NCBI GenBank assembly: GCA_945877625.1
Contig: CAMCSF010000001.1
Span: 1 to 63,411, forward strand
Reading direction: 5' to 3'
Source: Methylomonas koyamae
Lineage (GTDB): Bacteria; Pseudomonadota; Gammaproteobacteria; Methylococcales; Methylomonadaceae
DNA length: 63,411 nucleotides
The notes below the pieces were generated by a model that saw nothing but the letters and a program-made list of their open reading frames with translations, had not been told where the DNA came from and did no database searches. This document shows positions 21,994-31,512 of the stretch, piece after piece. Made by a program: the position numbers and the translations under genes. Each line of letters starts with the position of its first letter. Position 1 is the stretch's first letter.

Positions 21994-22812
21994 TTAAAGT
22001 ACATCAGCAAATCCCTTTCTAGTTTTTGCAAACCAAAACCAACCAAACCAAGCAATAGCAAATGCAAAAATGCTGTAAATTCCCAGCGCTTGCCAGTTTG
22101 GTTCGATACCCCATAGCAAAATGTTGCGGGTTTGTTCAACGATTAAAGTTACTGGATTCAAAAGCAAATACGGTTGAATCGTTTCAGGCAAAGCACTTAA
22201 TGGATAAAAAATAGGGCTCATAAACATCAGCATCGTCATCATCATGCCAATAAACTGGCCTACATCGCGAATAAATACACCAATCGATGCTAGTAGCCAA
22301 GAGAAGCCCATGATTAATAATAAAAAAGGCAACAGTATTAAAGGTAAATACAGCATTGACCAAAAAAAAGGTTGGCCTAGTAATAGCATGAAAACTAATA
22401 GCACCAACAGATTTATTCCGGCATGGAATAAATTGGAACCTAATGCAACCCAAGGTAATATTTCAAGCGGAAATACTACTTTTTTAACGTAATTGATATT
22501 GGCTAGAATCAGTCCAGGTGCTCTTGATATAGATTCAGAAAATAAATTGAAAATAATCAAGCCGGTAAATAGTACCAATGCGAATTGATACTGATCGATG
22601 TCGCCTTGGCCCCAGCGAGCTTTGAAAACAAAACCAAATACAAAGGTATAAATAGCTAACATCAATACTGGGTTCACAAAAGACCACAGCAAGCCTAAAA
22701 ACGACCCACGATAACGGCCGATTACCTCGCGCATAATCATCCGCATAATCAGCGGATAATGCCTTACAACGCAGACAAACAGATTGAACAGGCCTACTTT
22801 ACTCGTATTCAA
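21994..22812 (-). CDS. wzm: Polysaccharide ABC transporter permease (copy 2)
   Basis: RYRGSFLGLLWSFVNP, MFMSPIFYP. Confidence 0.92.
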   Translation of the reverse strand: MNTSKVGLFNLFVCVVRHYPLIMRMIMREVIGRYRGSFLGLLWSFVNPVLMLAIYTFVFGFVFKARWGQGDIDQYQFALVLFTGLIIFNLFSESISRAPGLILANINYVKKVVFPLEILPWVALGSNLFHAGINLLVLLVFMLLLGQPFFWSMLYLPLILLPFLLLIMGFSWLLASIGVFIRDVGQFIGMMMTMLMFMSPIFYPLSALPETIQPYLLLNPVTLIVEQTRNILLWGIEPNWQALGIYSIFAFAIAWFGWFWFAKTRKGFADVL

Positions 22813-22964
22813 AACAACACAGCCAAAATATTAAAGTTGGAAATTATGGCATAAAAATCAGCCTAACAGGGGATGGGTAAGCGCATTTAAAGACGCGGGC
22901 GTTTTAGATCAAGCTTAATAAACACTTGTCATCTGCGATTGAAATGACCTATTTAGTCTGGTCG

Positions 22965-23654
22965 TTAGCTAGAGCCAGATGGCTCACCATTAGCAGTCTT
23001 TTTAAGATATTCAAGATTATGAATGATTAAGTGATTGCCATCACGTATCAAAACCCCCTCAGCTTGTAGCTTTTGAAAAGCACGCGTAACGGTTTCGCGT
23101 GTAGTATTAATCATGATGGCGATTTCTTGATGGGTTGGCGCAAAAGCAATCGTCGCATTGTTAGATTTTAGTGTTAGCTGTATCAACTGTGCGCAGACAC
23201 GTTGCATAGGTGAGGGCATGGTTAATAAAGTGCGTTGAGACATGCTTTCGCGCAGTCTTTGTGCCAAGCGCCTATTGATAATGTTAGACACGATTGCAGA
23301 TTCGTTAATCAGGTCTTGAATAGTCGTTGCAGGGATCATAATAAACTTAGATGCAGTGAGAGCGATAATAAATTCAGACGCTGGTAATTGATCAACTACC
23401 GACAACTCCCCAAAAAAGTCATAAGCATCAACAAAATATAATCCAGCCTCGCGCCCATCAATTGTTACATCGATACCTTGAAGTCGCCCCTCTAACAGTA
23501 GGCCTAGGGAATGAGTGTGCATGTTTTTTTCCATAACCACCTTACGCTTAGGCACTTCAACAAGCTGAGCCAAGTTGCTAACAAGCTCAAGCGTATCATC
23601 CGGCAGCTGTTTAAATAAATCAAACTGCTTAAGAATTAGCGGTGCTATTGGCAT
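22965..23654 (-). CDS. Crp/Fnr-family transcriptional regulator
   Basis: cNMP-binding fold (FFGELS) plus HTH THQEIAIMINTTRETVTR. ATG at 23654 preferred. Confidence 0.92.
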   Translation of the reverse strand: MPIAPLILKQFDLFKQLPDDTLELVSNLAQLVEVPKRKVVMEKNMHTHSLGLLLEGRLQGIDVTIDGREAGLYFVDAYDFFGELSVVDQLPASEFIIALTASKFIMIPATTIQDLINESAIVSNIINRRLAQRLRESMSQRTLLTMPSPMQRVCAQLIQLTLKSNNATIAFAPTHQEIAIMINTTRETVTRAFQKLQAEGVLIRDGNHLIIHNLEYLKKTANGEPSGSS

Positions 23655-23680
23655 AGAGATCAAAAATAAAAGAGAAATGA

Positions 23681-23696
23681 TGTGATTTCAAACACA
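23681..23696. promoter_or_regulatory. CRP-type box between divergent crp and fecR-like genes
   Basis: TGTGA-tttcaa-ACACA, one mismatch to TGTGA-N6-TCACA. Confidence 0.6.
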
Positions 23697-23807
23697 GCCA
23701 ATAATTGATGAAATGTGGTCAAATGTAAAAAAAATCAAACTTTGACAAAGATGAATATTCAAGCATTACAACTCCAAGCATATCCTAGGGTTAAGCGAGA
23801 TGTCTAT

Positions 23808-25139
23808 ATGAGTCATCGTTTGTCTGTTGCCTTGGTTACGCTGTTGTTAGCCATATTAATTAATGTCGTATCGCCAATAGTCAAAGCCAGTGAACAAAAT
23901 CCGCCCCAAGCAATTGGGCGCGTCAGTCTAGTTATCGGTCAAGTGCGAGCGCTTGATGCAAAACAACAAGAGCGCATTTTAAGTAAAGATTCTCCCCTAT
24001 ACGTCGGGGATGTCATTCAAACCGATGCAGGTGGGCATCTGCACGTTCGATTTATCGATGACGGCATATTAAGCTTACGACCGAATACACGGCTTAATAT
24101 CGAGAGTTACGACTACAATCAGCAGCAACCAAGCAAAAGCGCAATTCGCTTTCAACTTGAGCAAGGTGTTGTAAGAAGTATCTCTGGTAAAGCGACCGAA
24201 GCCGCTCACGATCGTTTCAGATTAAACACCCCTATTACCGCAATTGGCGTGTTAGGCACCGACTTCCTCGTGCGCGCAGACAGTCAAAAAATGTGGGCAG
24301 CAGTTTACTCAGGAGCAATTGCCGTATCGCCTCTTAACGACGCTTGTCAGCCAAATGGTTTTGGTGCTTGCGCCGGTGCGTTACAAATAACGCCAACCAT
24401 GAATAACATCATGTTTGAATACAATGGTCAGGAAGTAAAGCCAAAAATATTGCCGCAATCATCCAAGGTTGATATTAAAGAGCAGGCTGTGTCGAATGAA
24501 ACACTGCCGACATCGAAAGCAGCGACAGTTGGTCAAAATGTCAGTTTAGATGCAACCACTAATCAACTCGTTCAAAATGCAGAAAAAACACCAACTCCTG
24601 TTCCTCCTGTTCCAGTACCAGTACCACCTGTCTCCCCATTCGCATGGGGGCGCTGGGATCAGATAGCGATGCCAAATGACCCGATTAGCAAAACTTACTC
24701 AGAAGCCAGAAATGGAAGAGAAGTGCTTTTCTTTAATCAAGACTTTATTCTGTTCAAAAATGCCCAGCAAATGAACGAAACCATGCCCTCTCAAGGCGTA
24801 TATGACCTAAAACTCAGTCAAGGCATGGTGTATTTTGTTCACAATGGCTTTCCGCTTTATCCGCCGGAAATTAGCGCAGCCAAGCTCGATTCAGCCAGTT
24901 TGCAAATCAATTTTCTCAGCAACCAATTCAACGCTAATTTTGCAATGAGTGTCCCGCAATCGGTTTCCACAACCTTATCGATTAATGGCGTTATTAATCA
25001 AGACGGTAGGTTGACGGCAAGCGGTATCAACTCAGCGGTAAACGGAGCGGTCTCGCAAGATGGCAATAATGCTGCACTAATGTTTGAAAAAAGCATTGAT
25101 TCAGGTGTTTTTAAAGGCATCACAAACTGGGTTAAATGA
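23808..25139 (+). CDS. Exported FecR-domain protein with Pro-rich linker and beta-rich C-terminal domain
   Basis: Signal-like N-terminus from ATG 23808; GDVIQT, RFIDDG, NTPITAIGVLGTDF; PTPVPPVPVPVPPV linker. Confidence 0.82.
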   Translation: MSHRLSVALVTLLLAILINVVSPIVKASEQNPPQAIGRVSLVIGQVRALDAKQQERILSKDSPLYVGDVIQTDAGGHLHVRFIDDGILSLRPNTRLNIESYDYNQQQPSKSAIRFQLEQGVVRSISGKATEAAHDRFRLNTPITAIGVLGTDFLVRADSQKMWAAVYSGAIAVSPLNDACQPNGFGACAGALQITPTMNNIMFEYNGQEVKPKILPQSSKVDIKEQAVSNETLPTSKAATVGQNVSLDATTNQLVQNAEKTPTPVPPVPVPVPPVSPFAWGRWDQIAMPNDPISKTYSEARNGREVLFFNQDFILFKNAQQMNETMPSQGVYDLKLSQGMVYFVHNGFPLYPPEISAAKLDSASLQINFLSNQFNANFAMSVPQSVSTTLSINGVINQDGRLTASGINSAVNGAVSQDGNNAALMFEKSIDSGVFKGITNWVK

Positions 25140-27013
25140 TGCGAATGAATACACTACTCACAAATCGATACATCCCAACGCTAGTTGCTGGAATTTTAAC
25201 AGTCATGATTAGCATCGGCTTGCAAGGCAGTATTCATCACCTAGAAGCAAAACTAGGTGATTCGGTTTGGCAGCTCATCGCAAATACAGGCGATCAACCA
25301 GAAAAGCGAATTATTGTTGTCGATATTGATGAAAATAGTTTAGCCCAATATGGCGCTTGGCCTTGGTCGAGAGCGCAAATCACCCATTTATTAGCCGCAA
25401 TTCGTTCACACGGTCCAGCGTTACGAATCTTGGATATTGTCTTTCCAGCCGCCGCTGAAGGCGATGAGGATTTAGCGCAAGAACTAACCCAAATGCCCAC
25501 CGTGTTAGCACAAGTCTTAACGCTCGATGCCCAACAAGCGCCACAATCAGGCGATCTACAGGGCGGCGCACTCAACCAACAATGCCAACAAAACTTTCCG
25601 GTTGCCAACGGCATTATTGCCAACACCCATAAGCTACAAGCAATCAACGCCGGCCATATCACGCCCAAGCTTGATCCAGATGGCGCAGTTAGACGACTAC
25701 CTGCACAAATTTGCTACCAAGGCCGCTCTTATCCAGCTTTATCCCTAGCCGCTATTTCCAGCGCATTTAGCGAACAACAATATCAATATAAACGCCAGAC
25801 GGACTGGCTAAAGCCCTATGCAAGCTTAGAAAGCACAATATCCGATGAATTTACACTCCCAATTGATCAACAAGGCGACCTATTAATCCCCTGGTATTTA
25901 CCAAGAGCCTCGATTACCGCCATATCCGCCGCAGACATGCTAGCGGGTCGAGTTCCAGCAGATTGGCTAAAAAACGCTTGGGTATTAATTGGCGCAACAG
26001 CATTTGGTGGCGGTGATTCAATCCCAACCCCACAAGGTGCCGCTGTGGCAGGCTTAGAAGTTCACATGCAACTATTAACCGCCATGTTGGACAACAAAAT
26101 TCCCTATCAGCCAAATGGAGCAAAAGCCATCCAAGCCGCATGGATGCTAATCTGTGCCATGTTGCTACTATTGGCAGACAGCTACTCAAGCAAAATCAAC
26201 AGACAATGGTTTGCATTATTACTGTTATCAGCCACTCTTTTCGCGCATCTGCAATTACTCCAGCAAGCGCAGTTATGGCTACCTTGGATCAACAGCATAA
26301 TCTTTATTACTTTAACCACAAGCCTACACACAGCGCGCGCGCATTTACAAACACGCCAACAAGCAGAGCATTTATATCAAAACCTATCCAGCTATCTACC
26401 CGAACACGTAGCCAAGCGCATCGCAGGGCAAGAGTTATCGGGCGCTATCTCAGCACGCCACGAAAATGTACTCGTCTTATATGCCGATATGCGTAATTTC
26501 TCCGCATGGTGTGATTACTTACCCGCCGAGCAAAGTGGCGCAATTCTGCACAGTTTCTACACATTAGCCGACCAAGTCATCGTCGAAAATGGCGGCGAAA
26601 TAGAAGAATATGTGGGTGACGCCGTGATTGGCATCTGGCGAGGAGCAGCCCAAACCACCAATGCACTAAACGCAGCACGCGACATAGTCGCCCGAGGTGA
26701 TGTATTATTTGGCGACACAACCCGCCTCGAACAACTGCCGCCAATCGCTATTGGGGTTGGGATAGAACAAGGTGAAGTGCTGATCGGCTCATTCGGACCC
26801 TCAAGAAGACGAGTTCACACCTTACTTGGAAAAACCCTAACCACCGCCATGCGACTTGAAGCAATGACCAGCGAACTAGCACAACCCATCATTATTGGTG
26901 AAAATGCACATAACAGCTGGCAAACACACATTCAAATGCAATCAATCGGCCAATTCTTTTTACCCAATAGCGCCAAACCAACCGAGCTATTTATTCCCGC
27001 TCTATCGGCATAA
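25136..27013 (+). CDS. CHASE2-domain class III nucleotidyl cyclase
   Basis: VVDIDENSL..WPWSR (CHASE2), TM helices, YADMRNFS, YVGDAV, GVGI, AMRLE. Confidence 0.9.
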   Translation: MMRMNTLLTNRYIPTLVAGILTVMISIGLQGSIHHLEAKLGDSVWQLIANTGDQPEKRIIVVDIDENSLAQYGAWPWSRAQITHLLAAIRSHGPALRILDIVFPAAAEGDEDLAQELTQMPTVLAQVLTLDAQQAPQSGDLQGGALNQQCQQNFPVANGIIANTHKLQAINAGHITPKLDPDGAVRRLPAQICYQGRSYPALSLAAISSAFSEQQYQYKRQTDWLKPYASLESTISDEFTLPIDQQGDLLIPWYLPRASITAISAADMLAGRVPADWLKNAWVLIGATAFGGGDSIPTPQGAAVAGLEVHMQLLTAMLDNKIPYQPNGAKAIQAAWMLICAMLLLLADSYSSKINRQWFALLLLSATLFAHLQLLQQAQLWLPWINSIIFITLTTSLHTARAHLQTRQQAEHLYQNLSSYLPEHVAKRIAGQELSGAISARHENVLVLYADMRNFSAWCDYLPAEQSGAILHSFYTLADQVIVENGGEIEEYVGDAVIGIWRGAAQTTNALNAARDIVARGDVLFGDTTRLEQLPPIAIGVGIEQGEVLIGSFGPSRRRVHTLLGKTLTTAMRLEAMTSELAQPIIIGENAHNSWQTHIQMQSIGQFFLPNSAKPTELFIPALSA

Positions 27014-27019
27014 ACAATC

Positions 27020-28255
27020 GTGAGACAAAAGCAAGCCAATAGCGGTTTGATAGTCTTGCTTTGGCTATCGGTAACCTTACCCATATCAGCCCAAGCCTGC
27101 GATTTGGCCGATCAAGACCAAAGCGAAACCTGCCAAGTCGATTCGCAAGCCGCGATTGCCGTCATTGAAAGCCTGCTAAAGCAACAGCGCTACATAGAAG
27201 CCACAGATCAACTCGAAAAACTGCTAATGTTAGATCCACAAAATCAAACATTAGAACAAGCCTATCGGCAACTGGTAACACACCAGCAAATCTCAATAGC
27301 GCCAATCGCCGCCCCCGCAAACACCCACTCAACTGACAGCGATCAATGGCAAGTCAGTGGCGATTTACAAATACGCGGTGGTTACAGTAATAACTTCAAT
27401 CGTGCCCCTCTACAGTCGGAATTTACACTCACCATTCCAAACAACCCGATACGAGTACAGCTAAGCCCAGAATTCAGGCCAAAAGCCGGACTAGGCAACG
27501 ATATACAACTCAATGCCAAAGCCTACAAAAACTACAGCGAGCAATTAGACTGGCAATTAGCAGGTGCTTTTCAGTCGCGGCAAACAGGACAAGACGGCTA
27601 CTCAGACTACCAAAGTGGCGCAATCGCCAGTGCTTGGTACCATAAATTACAACAAGGTGGCGGCTACGCATTCACACTGGCCGGCAACACCCAGCACTAC
27701 GCCAACGATATAAATATCTACCTAATCCAGACTCAGCTAAAGCGTATCTGGAAAACCAGCAATGCCTGCCATATCGCAGCGGGTATAGAAAGCTATTGGC
27801 AACACCAAGGCAACACCAACAATCTCGATGGAAACTACGCTGGCGGCATTGCCAGCATCAGTTGTGATATTAAACAAATCAACTACCAAGCCCTGATAGG
27901 CAGCGGCATAGATTGGGCCACCAACCAACGTTTAGGCGGCGATCAATGGCGAAGCCGCATAGCGCTGCAAACCCAGCTACCGATAAACTTTATCAAAGAC
28001 CATGCACTGCTAAAAATTAGCGGCGCTTACCAAGCCAATCAAGACCAACAAAGCTACAGTCTATTGATCAATAACGGCCAAACCCGCCAATACATGCGAT
28101 ATGAGTTAGGTTTAGACATAGAGTTGCCAATCCCAGAGCTACTTAAAAACCTAAAAGCGGTCTCAGCCATCAACTGGCAAAAACAAGACAGCAGCATTGA
28201 TATTTTTAAAATCAATATTTTAGAAGCTTGGCTGGGGGTAAAAATCAGCTTATAA
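27020..28255 (+). CDS. Outer-membrane protein with N-terminal TPR-like helix pair and beta-barrel (Slam/DUF560-like)
   Basis: Signal peptide, TPR-like QQRYIEA..LMLDPQN, GGYSNNFNRAP motif, amphipathic strands to the C-terminus. Confidence 0.6.
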   Translation: MRQKQANSGLIVLLWLSVTLPISAQACDLADQDQSETCQVDSQAAIAVIESLLKQQRYIEATDQLEKLLMLDPQNQTLEQAYRQLVTHQQISIAPIAAPANTHSTDSDQWQVSGDLQIRGGYSNNFNRAPLQSEFTLTIPNNPIRVQLSPEFRPKAGLGNDIQLNAKAYKNYSEQLDWQLAGAFQSRQTGQDGYSDYQSGAIASAWYHKLQQGGGYAFTLAGNTQHYANDINIYLIQTQLKRIWKTSNACHIAAGIESYWQHQGNTNNLDGNYAGGIASISCDIKQINYQALIGSGIDWATNQRLGGDQWRSRIALQTQLPINFIKDHALLKISGAYQANQDQQSYSLLINNGQTRQYMRYELGLDIELPIPELLKNLKAVSAINWQKQDSSIDIFKINILEAWLGVKISL

Positions 28256-28390
28256 AGAAAACAGAAATTAACCCTTTGTAAAACAGTAGATTAGCAGACT
28301 AATCTTATGTATACTCTCAAAAGACCTCGGTCTAGTTAAGCCAAATACAACCAACGGCAAAAAAGTAGTCATCGGGTATTTACAGCAAAT

Positions 28391-28433
28391 AGTGATTTGA
28401 GTCACACAGCAACTAGGCGATTTAAAGTAAACT
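28391..28433 (+). promoter_or_regulatory. CRP-type box with -10 element at class II spacing, upstream of S-layer gene A
   Basis: AGTGA-tttgag-TCACA at 28391-28406 and TAAACT at 28428-28433. If that T is -12, the box centre is at -41.5. Confidence 0.65.
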
Positions 28434-28625
28434 CAAAGCGTAATTTGCAAAACTAATAGGTTCACTATTAGTCTGGTCAAAAATCAGCCAATGTTGGCAG
28501 CCACACACAGCAGGGTAGTCACAAAAACCCGTGGGATGGCCAAAAGTGACAGATCGGCAATCGCCCAATGTCGCAAATCAACAAACAGACGATTTTGCCA
28601 TTTTGCTAAAGGCTAAAACCAGTTC

Positions 28626-28735
28626 AATCCGCTGAATACCTTCATAGAGGGTGTTCAGTTGATTGGATTCTTACGGAATCCAACTCGGATTCTTTGCAAA
28701 GAAACGAAATGTTAATTTTTTAAAAAGGAAAATTT
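28626..28735 (+). ncRNA. Candidate structured 5' leader of S-layer gene A
   Basis: Closing stem AATCCG/CGGATT encloses 12-bp and 8-bp hairpins, then palindrome TTCTTTGCAAAGAA. The fold is conserved with covariation in the copy at 44924-45030. Confidence 0.6.
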
Positions 28736-31453
28736 ATGGCTTATCCATTAGTAACCTCACAAGTACAAATTCAACGTCATGCACTGGCGTTGTATAACAT
28801 CCAATTGGGCGGCACCGTGTTGAATGAATTTGTTCAACAAGTTGGTTCATCTGTCGATGCATTATCAAATTTATTCAACTTGGTTTATATCGGTTCTATT
28901 GGCAATGAATCAACAACTGAGGTAGCGACTAACTTGGTTAAAAATGTGGGTATTGTTGCGGGTAGCAACGGCTTAACTGATACTCAAGTAGCGGATGCAG
29001 TTAAATTCGTTACAGACCTGTTAGAACCAGTGACCCCCGAAAAACGCGGTGCAGTAATTCAACAAATTTTGAACAACTTCGCTACTTTGGCTAGCGACCC
29101 TAAAAGTGTTTATAAAGCAGCAGCAACTGCTTGGAATGCCTCAGTTGATAACGCGATTGTTTATGCAAATAATCACACAGATAACGCATTAGCAGATGCT
29201 CCTGTATCTAATTTGTTCACCCTGACTACTGGTCCGAACACCTTCGGAGGCACCGCTATCAGCGACACCTTCACAGCGTTGACCATCAATGCCGAGGGCT
29301 ATGCTGCATCGACATTGACTGCTTTCGACACGATCGACGGTGGCGCTGGCACAGACACTCTGAACATCTACACCGAAGTGTCCCAACCAACGGTAAGGCT
29401 GAATGCTGGTATGCCAACGACAGCCACAGTCAAGAACGTTGAAATCGTCAACATCTATAACACTACTGAAGAAGCCGCTCTGTTCGGTGATGCATCCAAG
29501 TTCGCTGGCGTGACACAACTGTGGCAACACGGCACAGCAGACGCTGTTACCAACTTGGCCGTTGGCACAACTGCTGGCTTCAAGAACATCAGCACCGATG
29601 TCAGCGCTGCTGCCGCAAAAGGCGTGGCTTCCATTGCTGTTGCTTTGGACGGTCTGGCCGATTCCAAGATAATAACGCCAGCACAAGTAGTAGGTACTTG
29701 GGTCACCGTTTCGGGTGACGCACTGAATGCCGTGACAGTGACCGGCACAGTCAAAGACGGTATCGACGAAAACACCAAAGTTGACAGCATTAAGCTGGAA
29801 GCAAGGGTTGGCAAGGATGTCCAAACGCTGACCTTGAACTCCGCAGTTGACGCAACCGTGACTGTTATCACCAACAACACCAGCACTAAAGACTTCACGA
29901 CTCTCGACGCTTCTGGCAGCACTGGCGCAATTCAATTTGACGGTACTTCTGTTTATCTAAACGCTCAAAACCAATTGGATTTTAATTATAAAGTCGCAAC
30001 CATCAAAACCGGTTCAGGCAATGACTACGTGACATTGATGGCTAAAACCAAGGCCGCTTCAGGTTCTACTGCTGCTGTTAGCGCGACCGTTGACACAGGC
30101 GCTGGCAATGATTCGATCTTTGTTGATACCAAGGCTGTTGATAACGGCAATCCTTTGTTCTTAGAAACAACTGGTACCACCACTGTTGAGGCGGGCGCAG
30201 GTGATGACAACGTAAAAATCACCACTCGCAGCGAAGGCAAGTTGACGGTTAACCTGGGTGACGGCACTGACTCCTTCACCTCCCTCGTGGCAATCGGTGG
30301 TACTGACGCTATCGACGCTGGTGCAGGCGTTGACACCCTGTTCCTATCCTTGGTTGGCGCTGCTAACGTTGGTGCGTTCAGCAACTTTGACGTGTTCGAC
30401 GTTAAGGGCATGAACGCAAACTTGGATCTGAAGATCCTGAATACCAAGAACACCGTCGCTGAGATTGTTGGTTCGGGTGCTACGGATAGCGACGTTGAGT
30501 TGCTGAACGTTGGCGCTGGCGTAAATTTCCGCGCTACTGCAGACATGACGACAGCTAGTACTACTACCGTTAAAACCGTCACACTGACTCAAAAGACAGC
30601 GGGTGCTCTGACTGTGACTCTGGATGCTGACGAAACCGGTTCTGCTGACGATGCGATCGATTCTGCTACTACCGCCGTGAAGGCTTTGAACGCTACTTCC
30701 CTGAAGGCCGTGTTCGATACCAACTACTTGGCAACAATCTCTGGTGAAGCACTCAATGGTGACAACGTTTCGACGATCAATTTGACTACCCAAGCTGCCG
30801 CTTCAATCAGCGTTGTTTCCGGTGGTGAAAACACCGAGAACCGCCTGAAGGTGACTGAAGGTAACGGTACTGATGCATTGACCACCGTGACGGTGACTGG
30901 TGCTCAGGCGCTGGATTTGGTTGTTGAGGGCGCTTCCAAGCTGGCAACGATCGACGCATCTGCTGCCACTGGTGGTCTGGTTGCATCCTTGGACTACCTC
31001 AAAAACACTGGCACCATCAAGCTGGGTACAGGTACTGATAAAATCACGGTTACCACTAATTCGACTGATGAGTCAATCCAGAACTTCCAGAAGGCTGCTG
31101 ACGTGTCGGTGAGCGCTACTGCCTCTACTGCAAAAACTGCCGCGATCGATGCCGCTGACAAGATTGTTATCGATTCTGATATGGCCGTTGCAGACAGCAG
31201 CACGATTGACGGCGGTAAGATCAGCAACGGTGTGCTGAGCTTCTCAGGTACGGGTCCGGCTACTCTGGACGATGCTATTTTAATCGCTAAAGAAGGCACC
31301 ACTAATAATCATGCTGTGGTCTTCGAGTATGTTGGCGACTCCTATGTCTTCATTGAAGCCGATTCTAACGGCATCGTCGTTGAACTGACCGGCATTACCG
31401 GCGTGACCAACTTTGTTGAAGATGCCGACACCAACTTATTCTTCATCGTCTAA
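28736..31453 (+). CDS. S-layer-like protein A (RsaA/SapA-like, probable T1SS substrate)
   Basis: Ala/Thr/Gly/Asp-rich, no Cys, no signal peptide; RTX-like GGAGTDTL and GAGNDSI repeats; strong RBS AAGGAAA. Confidence 0.8.
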   Translation: MAYPLVTSQVQIQRHALALYNIQLGGTVLNEFVQQVGSSVDALSNLFNLVYIGSIGNESTTEVATNLVKNVGIVAGSNGLTDTQVADAVKFVTDLLEPVTPEKRGAVIQQILNNFATLASDPKSVYKAAATAWNASVDNAIVYANNHTDNALADAPVSNLFTLTTGPNTFGGTAISDTFTALTINAEGYAASTLTAFDTIDGGAGTDTLNIYTEVSQPTVRLNAGMPTTATVKNVEIVNIYNTTEEAALFGDASKFAGVTQLWQHGTADAVTNLAVGTTAGFKNISTDVSAAAAKGVASIAVALDGLADSKIITPAQVVGTWVTVSGDALNAVTVTGTVKDGIDENTKVDSIKLEARVGKDVQTLTLNSAVDATVTVITNNTSTKDFTTLDASGSTGAIQFDGTSVYLNAQNQLDFNYKVATIKTGSGNDYVTLMAKTKAASGSTAAVSATVDTGAGNDSIFVDTKAVDNGNPLFLETTGTTTVEAGAGDDNVKITTRSEGKLTVNLGDGTDSFTSLVAIGGTDAIDAGAGVDTLFLSLVGAANVGAFSNFDVFDVKGMNANLDLKILNTKNTVAEIVGSGATDSDVELLNVGAGVNFRATADMTTASTTTVKTVTLTQKTAGALTVTLDADETGSADDAIDSATTAVKALNATSLKAVFDTNYLATISGEALNGDNVSTINLTTQAAASISVVSGGENTENRLKVTEGNGTDALTTVTVTGAQALDLVVEGASKLATIDASAATGGLVASLDYLKNTGTIKLGTGTDKITVTTNSTDESIQNFQKAADVSVSATASTAKTAAIDAADKIVIDSDMAVADSSTIDGGKISNGVLSFSGTGPATLDDAILIAKEGTTNNHAVVFEYVGDSYVFIEADSNGIVVELTGITGVTNFVEDADTNLFFIV

Positions 31454-31456
31454 AAA

Positions 31457-31507
31457 GCAATGGGGTCGGACTCGATTGAAATCATAAATTAAGTCTAACG
31501 CCATTGC
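31457..31507. repeat. REP-like inverted repeat R1 (one good arm, one degenerate arm)
   Basis: GCAATGGGGTCGGACTCGATT...AATTAAGTCTAACGCCATTGC. Confidence 0.75.
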
Positions 31508-31512
31508 CCCAA

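Noticed and set aside
29189-31302. Long antisense ORFs over S-layer gene A (and 42255-44501 over gene B)
   Set aside because: Expected shadows of biased Ala/Thr/Val/Gly codon use; no family motifs.
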